In this document: positions 53,470 through 61,427 of the stretch, piece after piece | Numbering within the stretch: position 1 is the stretch's first letter | How the letters are laid out: every line of letters begins with the position of its first letter | Source of the DNA: Candidatus Moranbacteria bacterium UBA2206 | Lineage (GTDB): Bacteria > Patescibacteriota > Minisyncoccia > Moranbacterales > UBA2206 | Assembly: GCA_002328565.1 (NCBI GenBank) | Contig: DCUU01000065.1 | Location: 1 to 61,427, forward strand | DNA: 61,427 nucleotides | Reading direction: 5' to 3' | The notes under the pieces: generated by a model | What the model was told of the DNA's origin: nothing | What the model saw: only the letters and a program-made list of their open reading frames with translations | The model's database searches: none | Made by a program: the position numbers and the translations under genes

Positions 53470-54579
53470 TTAATGGAAATGTTTCCCCGCCCCTAAAATT
53501 CCAATAATCACTCCGAAAAGTGAAGTTATGATTGTAAAAATCCAAACGCGCATAGTCACCTTTGTTTCCGGCCAGCCCAAGGCTTCAAAATGATGATGAA
53601 TTGGTGCCGCTAAAAAAACTTTTCGTTTGAAAAATTTTTTGCTGGTAAGTTGAATAACCACCGAACTTGATTCAATTACATATATAAAAACAATGATCGG
53701 CAAGACTAAGGCAGAATTGGTAAGCATCGCTACCACTCCCAAGGTTATCCCTAGTGACATTGCTCCGGTATCTCCCATAAAAAATCTGGCCGGATAAATA
53801 TTAAACCAGAGAAAGGCCAGAAGCGCCCCAGAAATCGCCGCGCAAAAAGAAGCCAAATCCATTTTATTTTGAAAAAAAGAAATTAACGTAAAAGATCCAA
53901 AAGCCATCAGCAGTACTCCGCCGTTTAGTCCGTCCAGTCCGTCAGTTTCATTAGAAGAAATAGCGGCAAATAAAATAGTAAAAATAAACAGTGGTATATA
54001 CCAAAGACCGATTGAAAAATCACCCACGGCCGGAACATGAATTTTATCCCAACCAAGTTTATAAAAAAACCAAAAGGCACCTAAAATTGAAATCACAATC
54101 AGCCAGCCAAAACGCACCAAAAACCTCATCCCGCCTCCCTTATTTTTCCCAATTCCTTTGACGCTCATATAATCATCAAACAATCCAAGAATTCCCGCCG
54201 ATACCAAAGCGAATAGCGGAAGCCAAACCTGTGGACGACTGAAAAAATCCAACCTAGCCACAAAATTAGTTTCAAATATTTTCGCAATATGTGGAAATAC
54301 ATAATGCGAAAGAATGGCCAAAATCGCCACCGTGAACCAAACCAAAACACCACCCATTATCGGCGTTCCGGATTTATGTTTGTGAAGTTCATTTATATAA
54401 GTAAGTTTTTTTCCATCGACTGAATTCTCTTTTATCTTTACTCCAATTTTATATTTATACAGTATATGTGTCCAAAAAGGCGTCAAAATAAAAGCTAAAA
54501 TAAAAGCTAAAAAACCAGTAGTGAGAATTTTCATCACATCCACCACCTCAGGAATAGTTTGTATTTGAGAAATGTTCAT
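53470..54579 (-). CDS. mraY: phospho-N-acetylmuramoyl-pentapeptide-transferase
   Basis: NETDGLDGL, MGDTGAMSLG, APIHHHFE. ATG 54579 is preferred over the ORF start at 54612. Confidence 0.92.
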   Translation of the reverse strand: MNISQIQTIPEVVDVMKILTTGFLAFILAFILTPFWTHILYKYKIGVKIKENSVDGKKLTYINELHKHKSGTPIMGGVLVWFTVAILAILSHYVFPHIAKIFETNFVARLDFFSRPQVWLPLFALVSAGILGLFDDYMSVKGIGKNKGGGMRFLVRFGWLIVISILGAFWFFYKLGWDKIHVPAVGDFSIGLWYIPLFIFTILFAAISSNETDGLDGLNGGVLLMAFGSFTLISFFQNKMDLASFCAAISGALLAFLWFNIYPARFFMGDTGAMSLGITLGVVAMLTNSALVLPIIVFIYVIESSSVVIQLTSKKFFKRKVFLAAPIHHHFEALGWPETKVTMRVWIFTIITSLFGVIIGILGAGKHFH

Positions 54580-54681
54580 ATCATATAGCATTAAACATAT
54601 AGCATGAAACAATAAATTTCATTTATATATTTTATGTTTTTTTTATTTATGTTGCATGTTGCATGTTTCATGTTACATGAC

Positions 54682-55713
54682 TTACCGCCACTCATGATTA
54701 GCAAAAGTCCAATCGACTAATTTTTTCATATCCTCCCAGCGATTTTCATCATTTAAAATTACAGAAATTATCTTGTGCTTTCCCGTCGGATCAGCCGCCA
54801 CCGTGAGCAGTGATTTTCCTGCCAGCGGTGTAAAGCCGGTTTTTCCTCCCAAGCAATTTGGCATTTCACGAAGAAGCATATCCGTGTTTTTGAGTTGATG
54901 CATATACTTTCCGTCAACTGAATAAACCTGCTCCTCTTCCACTCTCATTATATCCCAAATTATATCATATTGTAAGGAATGAGATGCAATGCGCGCAATG
55001 TCATAAGCTGATGAATAACAATCCATTTCCTTGCCATCAATTTCTAGACCTGAAGGAGTGCAAAAATTAGTATCCTTAAGTCCCAATTCTTTCGTTTTTG
55101 CATTCATTAGTTTCACAAAATTTTCTGGCGCATCAGAAACATGAATTGCTAAAGCCGTTGCCGCATCATTGGCGCTGTTTAGAAGCATAGCTTTCAAAAG
55201 ATTCCGCACGGATATTTTTTCTCCTGCAAACATTTGGTTGGCATTGCAAAAAACACTCGTTGGACAACCCACTACCGTACCGTCAACATTCAAAGCTGTT
55301 TTTGTAATCGTTGCCGTTTCATCCAAATTCTTCACATTTTCCACAACCAAAATCGCCGTCATAATTTTAGTGAGCGATGCAATCTGAGTTTGTTTTCTGC
55401 CTTCTGCATAATGCAAAATCGTCCCACTATCCGCATCAATTGCTACTGACGCCCCCGACCAAATTTTCACGTCAGCATAATCAATTCTTCTTTTAGGCAT
55501 AAGGTCAGATGATTCTCTTTCCTTTAATGGAAAAAGATCTCGAGAAACAATATTTTTATTTACATCAACCTTGCAATCACTACTTTCCTCTTTTTTAATT
55601 TCCTCACCCAAAACTTGATTTTGTGCAAAAACATTTTTAATTGACACTAAATCACCATACATAAATATGGGCACAAAAGGGACTATTAAAATTGTAAAAA
55701 TAATATTAAGCAT
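54682..55713 (-). CDS. D-alanyl-D-alanine carboxypeptidase (serine type, PBP5-like)
   Basis: SxxK (ASLTK), SxN (NSAND), KTG (GGKTGFT). N-terminal TM. Confidence 0.85.
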   Translation of the reverse strand: MLNIIFTILIVPFVPIFMYGDLVSIKNVFAQNQVLGEEIKKEESSDCKVDVNKNIVSRDLFPLKERESSDLMPKRRIDYADVKIWSGASVAIDADSGTILHYAEGRKQTQIASLTKIMTAILVVENVKNLDETATITKTALNVDGTVVGCPTSVFCNANQMFAGEKISVRNLLKAMLLNSANDAATALAIHVSDAPENFVKLMNAKTKELGLKDTNFCTPSGLEIDGKEMDCYSSAYDIARIASHSLQYDIIWDIMRVEEEQVYSVDGKYMHQLKNTDMLLREMPNCLGGKTGFTPLAGKSLLTVAADPTGKHKIISVILNDENRWEDMKKLVDWTFANHEWR

Positions 55714-55719
55714 AAACAC

Positions 55720-55869
55720 AGGGCTTACGCATTTGATTGCGGAAAAGATATTAACGCAGTCGCCGGAAAAATATTCTGTATGAATAATTTTTGATTACTG
55801 GCGAATTGCTACATTTCATAATCGCTTTCGCGACGAGCATATCTTGACGCAAGCAAATGTGGAAGTCCT
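55720..55869. repeat. about 150-bp hairpin-forming intergenic element, family X (copy X2)
   Basis: About 85 percent identical to 4414..4562. Arms complementary, with a compensatory A:T to G:C change. Confidence 0.75.
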
Positions 55870-55883
55870 AATAAAAAAATATT

Positions 55884-56426
55884 CTAACTTTCAACCACAT
55901 TTTCTATCCGAGGATCTTTCGATAGTGTTTCAAAATCTGGCAATTTTTCAATACTATCCAATCCGAGTTTTTTCAAAAAATCAAAAGATATTTTATACAG
56001 ATATGATCGGTTGTCCGATGGGTTGTCTACTTTTTCCAAAAGCCCACGCATCATTAGATTTCGCAGTGTAAACGTACAGTTAACTCCGCGAATCGCTTCA
56101 ATATTAATACGCGTTATCGGTCCGCGATACGCTATGATTGAAAGAACTTCTAGCGCCGCCTTACTCAAATTTTCTTGAATTTCACTTTTTACTAATTCAG
56201 AAATAATCTCAGAATTTTCCGGTGCCGTCGCCATTTGAATTTGATCTTCTTTTTTGATGATAATTATCCCACGATTAGCGCCGTATTCACCCTGCAAAAT
56301 CATAATTGCATTTTCCACTTCTGGAATTTCCACGCCGGTTATTTTGGCAATCCGCGAAATTTTCACCGGCTCACCACTCACAAACAAAATACTCTCAATG
56401 ATTGATTTTATTTTTTCAATTTCCAT
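55884..56426 (-). CDS. scpB: segregation and condensation protein B
   Basis: IESILFVSGEPV N-terminus and two winged-helix repeats. Confidence 0.9.
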   Translation of the reverse strand: MEIEKIKSIIESILFVSGEPVKISRIAKITGVEIPEVENAIMILQGEYGANRGIIIIKKEDQIQMATAPENSEIISELVKSEIQENLSKAALEVLSIIAYRGPITRINIEAIRGVNCTFTLRNLMMRGLLEKVDNPSDNRSYLYKISFDFLKKLGLDSIEKLPDFETLSKDPRIENVVES

Positions 56427-56428
56427 TT

Positions 56429-56713
56429 TTATAAATTAATATATTTTTTAAAATTTTCCAATTCCTTATTATAAGCTACTTCCAAGTCAATATCAAGCAT
56501 ATTAGCAAGAGTAAGCAAATCAAAAAGAATACCGCACATTTCAGCTTGAATTTTTTCTTTTGAAGTTTCTCCTTTTTTCTTTTTTAAATACATAGCTAAA
56601 ATATCGCTTAATTCTCCCGCTTCTTCAAATAAATGCAATAACCTAGTCTGTTCATCCCATCGATTAGGAAATTTATCCTCTATTTCTTTTGTTAAATCTT
56701 GATACTTTTTCAT
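56429..56713 (-). CDS. MazG-like nucleotide pyrophosphohydrolase domain protein
   Basis: 94 aa: LFEEAGELSD and EMCGILFDLLTLAN helices. Confidence 0.7.
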   Translation of the reverse strand: MKKYQDLTKEIEDKFPNRWDEQTRLLHLFEEAGELSDILAMYLKKKKGETSKEKIQAEMCGILFDLLTLANMLDIDLEVAYNKELENFKKYINL

Positions 56714-56722
56714 ATAAAAAAA

Positions 56723-57430
56723 TTAATTATTTTTTAGGCTTAATTTTATATCTTCGAATAAATCAGTTTGTTCCACCTCGATCAGCCTTTGCTTTATCAT
56801 TTCCAGCATTGCCAGAAACGACACGATAACCTCCACCTTATCCGTTGATTTTTCCACCAAACTAGAAAAGGATGATTGAATTTTATTCCTCAGGAAATTT
56901 TCCAATTCATTTATTTTCTCTTCCAGTGTCACCACTTCATTCACAATCTCTTCAGACAATTTTTCTATAATCGGAATTTCACTTAAAATTGCCAGAAAAT
57001 GTTTTTTGAAGTCATAAACATTGAAATCTTCTGGCGGATAGAAAATTGATTTTACGGCGGAGAAACCTTCCCGAGAATAGCAAATTTTCCTACTTTCGGC
57101 AATCTTCCCAATCTTAATTGAAATCTCTTTGAATTTTCGATATTCTTCCAATTGCTTTGTGAGGTCTTTGATTTCCGCTTCCTCCTCTTCGCTGAATTTT
57201 AGCATTGGCAAAAGCGCCCGCGACTTAATGAGAATGAGACGCGAAGCCACCGACAAAAAATCTGCCAGATGTTCTAGGTTGATGGATTGATTATCTTTAA
57301 TATGATCCAAATATTCACTGGCCACTCGAGATAAACTTAATTCTGTGATTTCCAATTTATCTTTTTGAATAAGTTCCAAAAGTAAATCCATCGGGCCTTC
57401 AAATTTGTCTGTTTTTACATTATATGTCAT
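56723..57430 (-). CDS. scpA: segregation and condensation protein A
   Basis: FEGPMDLLLELIQKDKLEI N-terminus typical of ScpA. Confidence 0.9.
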   Translation of the reverse strand: MTYNVKTDKFEGPMDLLLELIQKDKLEITELSLSRVASEYLDHIKDNQSINLEHLADFLSVASRLILIKSRALLPMLKFSEEEEAEIKDLTKQLEEYRKFKEISIKIGKIAESRKICYSREGFSAVKSIFYPPEDFNVYDFKKHFLAILSEIPIIEKLSEEIVNEVVTLEEKINELENFLRNKIQSSFSSLVEKSTDKVEVIVSFLAMLEMIKQRLIEVEQTDLFEDIKLSLKNN

Positions 57431-57513
57431 GTTTTATAAGTTATCTCATTTACGAAAGTACGAATAAATACAAGAAAGGATTAGTAATTTCGTTAAATTC
57501 GTATTTTCGTAAA

Positions 57514-58011
57514 TTATTTCTTTTTATTAAAACTTCCCTTGATTATTGTTTCTTTTTTCATATATTCACTAACACTAATCAAAAATGACTGGGTATACTC
57601 TCCTGAGCCGACATATATTTTCTTGTTTTTGAGCAGTAAACTATCCACAAAAATTTCCATCTTAAGTAAATCGCAAAACGGCGGTGTCGCTCCAACTTTT
57701 CCCAAGAGATTCTTCTTCATCCAAACTTCTTTGGCAAAATCAATTTTTTTGGAATTTTTCAATCCCTGCTTTTTTCTTTGAGCATTCACCGCTTTCAAAA
57801 GTTTTTGCTTGTCCAGATTTTTGTTGCTGGGAATTAGTGCCAAAAAATAGTCCTTATCCGCTCTCATTACCAAAGCTTTCACCACTGTTTTTGGATCAAC
57901 TTTTTCCGTCTGCGCCGTATCCCAAGCCGTAAAAGTAGTCTTATGCTCGATTATATTAAATTTATACTTCTTATCCTCTAAATATTTCAATATTTTCTTG
58001 GAAATAGCCAT
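57514..58011 (-). CDS. YbaK/EbsC-family aminoacyl-tRNA deacylase domain protein
   Basis: 165 aa: KALVMRADKDYFLALIPSNKNLD pattern. Confidence 0.75.
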   Translation of the reverse strand: MAISKKILKYLEDKKYKFNIIEHKTTFTAWDTAQTEKVDPKTVVKALVMRADKDYFLALIPSNKNLDKQKLLKAVNAQRKKQGLKNSKKIDFAKEVWMKKNLLGKVGATPPFCDLLKMEIFVDSLLLKNKKIYVGSGEYTQSFLISVSEYMKKETIIKGSFNKKK

Positions 58012-58081
58012 AATTTTGAATTATTTTTTACTCTACTATCATATCATAACTAGCTATTTTTTCCAAGATAAAGCACACAGA

Positions 58082-58115
58082 CAGACACGCCGTGTCCAAT
58101 TGGACACGGCGTGTC
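58082..58115. repeat. perfect 15-bp GC-rich palindrome
   Basis: AGACACGCCGTGTCC-aatt-GGACACGGCGTGTCT. No adjacent T-run on either strand. Confidence 0.8.
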
Positions 58116-58179
58116 TAAAAATTTTGATAAATTTTTTTGTTATGTCTTTGCTCTAGGGTTATTTCTATTAATTAGATAT

Positions 58180-59982
58180 TCATTTTCCATATTGTTGTTT
58201 AAAGGTATCAGCACTTTTTATCTCGCTTGTGGCCCTGATTCCTCCACCTGACTCATCCCAATTTTCCTTATTTGATTCCCAACTAGCTCCCATATTTTTA
58301 ATATATGATTTGTAATCATTTTCGTTGTAAAATGCCATTTTTACACTCCCAAGATTTCCACTTTCATATTCAACTAAATCATAATAAATATAAATGATAC
58401 GACCATTATTATCAGTAGTTTTAACATCCGGTACTCCTAAATGTTTTTCTACCGATGAAATGTTTTTAAGTATTCCTTTATCGTCCATTTCATTGTAATC
58501 AGCAATGGGCATAGCGTCTTTGCTGGATTGAGAGTCCTCATCTTTTGCACCTGATTTTCTATCTAGAAAACCTCCTGGGGCAATCCCTCCCATGTATTCT
58601 TCTCCAGGTTGTATTATCTCATCCCCAATAACAATTTTGGTTAAGAGAAGATCTTTTTTCCCAATTTTAAATTCGTAATATCCCATTGATTCGTCTTCAC
58701 CATATAATTTAATTCTATCTCCTTCTTGTTTCCATTTTTTAAACGAAGTTCCATTAACACTGCCATCTTGATTTAATGTAAAATCAAAATCTATAGTGCG
58801 TTTTTCATTATCGCCTCCTGACATACTACTCAATGTTCCTTTCCATCCCGAACCTGCAACACTATTTTCCGTATTGTTGTCAGATTTTTCAGCCACCTCC
58901 TTTTTTTCTTTTGCTTGCTTAACCTCATTTTCTTTTTCTATGACTTTTTTTTCAATAGCCAATTTGGCGTTATTAATCACTTCTTTGGCAGATTCATTGC
59001 TTTTTATAGCCTTGTTTTCTTCTCGCCATTTTGAAAGTTCTTCTTCAGTTAGTCCTGCAATTTCAGCCTTTGCTTCGCCTTTTTCATCTGTTTTGATGCT
59101 TATTCCTAAAACTTTTTCATCTTGAATAACGGATTTAACCTGATCGGCACCAAAACTGACAGCTGATAGTTTGTCAATTCCTTTGCTCAAATTTCCGGGG
59201 ATATTGGCCAATGTCAAAATAGCAGCCGCTGGTTCAGTGACTGTTCGAACACCGCTAACCATTTCAGAAACTTTATTTTTATCACCGAGGGCAATTCGGG
59301 CTTCATCATCAGTCACTTCCAAAACTAAATCCGCTCCAACCACCACGGTGGCGGTAGTTGCCAAAGCACCGGAAGCTACTATGGCCGAAGTTCCTCCAGA
59401 TAAAACCACACCACCGACAAAACCAACTACCTTACAGCCATTTTTAATTCTCATTGAATTTTGTTCGCATTTTTCAAAAACATCCCCCTCCTCACCATAA
59501 GCCTCTCTGGATGTTTCATCTTGAGCTTGGTTTAATATTAGTTGAGCGTGTTTTGCATCGGTTCCCAGATGTTTGGCCAAAGTCATAATCTTTTTCCCCA
59601 TAGGGGCGCTATCGATAATTTTATTAATTTCTTCTTTTTCATAAGCCAAAACCGAAGGAATAATTTCCATTCCAACTTCTTCATTCGCAATTTCATTGGC
59701 CGTTTTTTCCAGTTCGCTTGATTTTTGTTCCAAATTCTTCCAATTTTTTGTAACTTCTTCCATTTCTGCTTTCCAACTATCATAATCGCCAAAACTCTCG
59801 GCTTTTTCTAAAACATTTTCTGTTTGCTGACGCAAAGAAAGATATTCTACTGAAACTGCATATGATTGCGCCAAAACAACTTGCTCCTGTGTTTGGTCTG
59901 GTGTTTTTTTGTTAAAAAAATAAAAAGCTCCGACGAGAAGAACAAGTGCAACTCCAACCACGGCCATTATTGTTTTTTTCAT
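58180..59982 (-). CDS. hypothetical membrane-anchored or secreted protein (600 aa)
   Basis: N-terminal hydrophobic anchor MKKTIMAVVGVALVLLVGAF, G/A/V-rich central stretch, K/E-rich linker, C-terminal globular region. No recognisable domain. Confidence 0.6.
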   Translation of the reverse strand: MKKTIMAVVGVALVLLVGAFYFFNKKTPDQTQEQVVLAQSYAVSVEYLSLRQQTENVLEKAESFGDYDSWKAEMEEVTKNWKNLEQKSSELEKTANEIANEEVGMEIIPSVLAYEKEEINKIIDSAPMGKKIMTLAKHLGTDAKHAQLILNQAQDETSREAYGEEGDVFEKCEQNSMRIKNGCKVVGFVGGVVLSGGTSAIVASGALATTATVVVGADLVLEVTDDEARIALGDKNKVSEMVSGVRTVTEPAAAILTLANIPGNLSKGIDKLSAVSFGADQVKSVIQDEKVLGISIKTDEKGEAKAEIAGLTEEELSKWREENKAIKSNESAKEVINNAKLAIEKKVIEKENEVKQAKEKKEVAEKSDNNTENSVAGSGWKGTLSSMSGGDNEKRTIDFDFTLNQDGSVNGTSFKKWKQEGDRIKLYGEDESMGYYEFKIGKKDLLLTKIVIGDEIIQPGEEYMGGIAPGGFLDRKSGAKDEDSQSSKDAMPIADYNEMDDKGILKNISSVEKHLGVPDVKTTDNNGRIIYIYYDLVEYESGNLGSVKMAFYNENDYKSYIKNMGASWESNKENWDESGGGIRATSEIKSADTFKQQYGK

Positions 59983-60102
59983 AATAATTTAAATCAATTA
60001 ATTAATATAATAGTTTTTAGTTTTCTCTTTAATGTAAGTAATTAATTACGTATTTCTGTTTTTTCAATTTTATTTCTTCCAATCCTTCACCAGGACCCTA
60101 TC

Positions 60103-61296
60103 CTAGCATTTTTTCATATCCTTTTCACTCCGATTGTTTGTAAGGTGAAAAGCTGGGTAAAGAGCGGACAGAACAATGATTCCAGTGAGCACAAAAACGA
60201 ATTTGATTGGTAAGAAAAGAAAAACAAAAGAAGAAAAAATAGTGGCAAAAATATATGCCGTTGGCAAAGAAGTTCGAAAAAAATCAATCACATCTACATC
60301 TCGACAATCAATTCTTTTATAGAAATATGAGTCTCGCAAAATTTCAATGAGCGACGCTCCGATTCTTGTGATAAATAAAATCAAGGCCCACCTGACGACA
60401 CTGCCAGTCCCGATAAAATAAATTAACATAGTTGAAATTCCCATAATCAGAATAGAGAAAATCAATAATCCCTTTTCGCCCATTTTTTTGTCTGCCAAAA
60501 GCCCAGCCGGATATTGAAAAATCACAAAAGGAATGAGCATCACGGTGAAAATTCTTCCGATTTCCCCCCAAGAAAAACCTAGATCGCGAAGATAAATCGG
60601 CGTATAAATGACCATCAAGGCATAGAAAAATTCCAGCACAAAAGAAATATAGTATATCCGCATAATATTTTTCCGAGCTAAAACTTTTTTCAAAATATCC
60701 AAAACCTTCAATTTTTGTTCAAATTTTTTGTTCACATTGCGAAAGCCAATAAGCGCAAAAATGAAAACGAAAATATTGAAAATTAATGCAAAGATGAAAA
60801 CGCCGTGAAAATTTATCTTATCCAAAAAATAGGTTGAAACAAATGGGCCAAACAAAAATCCAGCATTGAGAATAGTAAGATGCATTCCACGAATCCGGCC
60901 TGACATTCGATCAGTGGAAACTTCTTCGATGATAAAATCCAGCGCCACCCATTCAATGTGCCCCAAAATTATATAAAGAATCATCAGCAGTATTCCAATC
61001 TTGGAAGGCTCTACTAAAATTAATCCAAAAATAACAAACAGTTTGGCTAAAAGAGAAAAATAAAAAACATTAGACTTGCCTAATGTTCTCACAAATTTAT
61101 GTAGATTAAGAAGAATGACTAAAAATATGATGTAGGAAACAGCATAAAAAATGCCTACATTCTCTGTTCCGATTGACAATTTGAAATACGTCGACATCAC
61201 ATAAATGAGCATTGCCTGTGCAAATCCCATGAGGAATGTGACGAAAGTCACCAGCTTTATTTTGCCTTCATCTAATTTTTCTTTATGTTTTTTCAC
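60103..61296 (-). CDS. MFS transporter
   Basis: 397 aa with about 12 hydrophobic spans and a DRMSGRIRG-like loop between TM2 and TM3. Confidence 0.85.
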   Translation of the reverse strand: MKKHKEKLDEGKIKLVTFVTFLMGFAQAMLIYVMSTYFKLSIGTENVGIFYAVSYIIFLVILLNLHKFVRTLGKSNVFYFSLLAKLFVIFGLILVEPSKIGILLMILYIILGHIEWVALDFIIEEVSTDRMSGRIRGMHLTILNAGFLFGPFVSTYFLDKINFHGVFIFALIFNIFVFIFALIGFRNVNKKFEQKLKVLDILKKVLARKNIMRIYYISFVLEFFYALMVIYTPIYLRDLGFSWGEIGRIFTVMLIPFVIFQYPAGLLADKKMGEKGLLIFSILIMGISTMLIYFIGTGSVVRWALILFITRIGASLIEILRDSYFYKRIDCRDVDVIDFFRTSLPTAYIFATIFSSFVFLFLPIKFVFVLTGIIVLSALYPAFHLTNNRSEKDMKKC

Positions 61297-61310
61297 AATT
61301 TTTATTTTTT

Positions 61311-61374
61311 ACCCTGTTGAATAATTTTGCTAAAGCAAAATAAAAAATGTATTCTATTTTTTATTCAACAGGGT
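61311..61374. repeat. long hairpin upstream of the MFS gene
   Basis: ACCCTGTTGAATAA / TTATTCAACAGGGT 14-bp stem enclosing the smaller hairpin TTTTGC-taaa-GCAAAA. Confidence 0.65.
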
Positions 61375-61427
61375 GAATTTTTTAGTTTGATTTTTTTTGA
61401 TCACTATGGCGCCAACCTCTTCACATC

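Noticed and set aside
58180-59982. Diversity-generating retroelement target or other hypervariable system around the 600-aa surface protein
   Set aside because: No reverse transcriptase gene and no template/variable repeat pair are detectable in the window.

Overview
AT-rich, very gene-dense window. In two 60-nt stretches I counted, G+C was 19/60 in ordinary host genes and 30/60 in one foreign-looking gene. About 56 of 59 protein genes are on the minus strand. All three tRNAs (Lys-UUU, Gln-CUG, Thr-CGU) are on the plus strand. Gene content and style fit a reduced, fermentative CPR/Patescibacteria-like bacterium; this is inference, not a database result. Recognisable blocks:
- heat-shock regulon (hrcA, grpE, dnaK, dnaJ) with two CIRCE operators
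- carboxynorspermidine polyamine pair
- ftsEX and prfB
- ZIP transporter and rubrerythrin
- pyruvate:ferredoxin oxidoreductase porGDAB
- purine genes (single-chain purL, purM, purB, and a fused purC-purE resembling metazoan PAICS)
- MacAB-like efflux set with two permeases
- rnhA, recJ, recQ, ADP-forming acetyl-CoA synthetase
- lower glycolysis (pgk, eno, gpmI), mraY, a D-Ala-D-Ala carboxypeptidase, scpAB.

Most worth a second look:
1. A Nudix-GrpE fusion in the grpE slot.
2. An insertion hot spot at tRNA-Thr: a 5'-half tRNA pseudo-copy in the leader, a DUF559 nuclease gene bracketed by about 53-bp inverted GC-rich double-hairpin modules, and next to it a duplicated two-gene ORFan module (small coiled-coil protein plus large K/E-rich protein, one with HExxH).
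3. A 16-nt GC-rich palindrome shared in frame by dnaK and prfB; both copies encode EPASSA.
4. Four-helix-bundle genes inserted into operons, one apparently in the middle of a palindromic spacer.
5. Several families of paralogous structured intergenic elements, some with compensatory stem changes.
6. A GC-rich, Shine-Dalgarno-bearing, frameshifted HAD gene on the opposite strand.

No CRISPR array, cas gene, rRNA, transposase or integrase was seen. All calls come from reading the sequence and ORF translations by eye; no searches were run.
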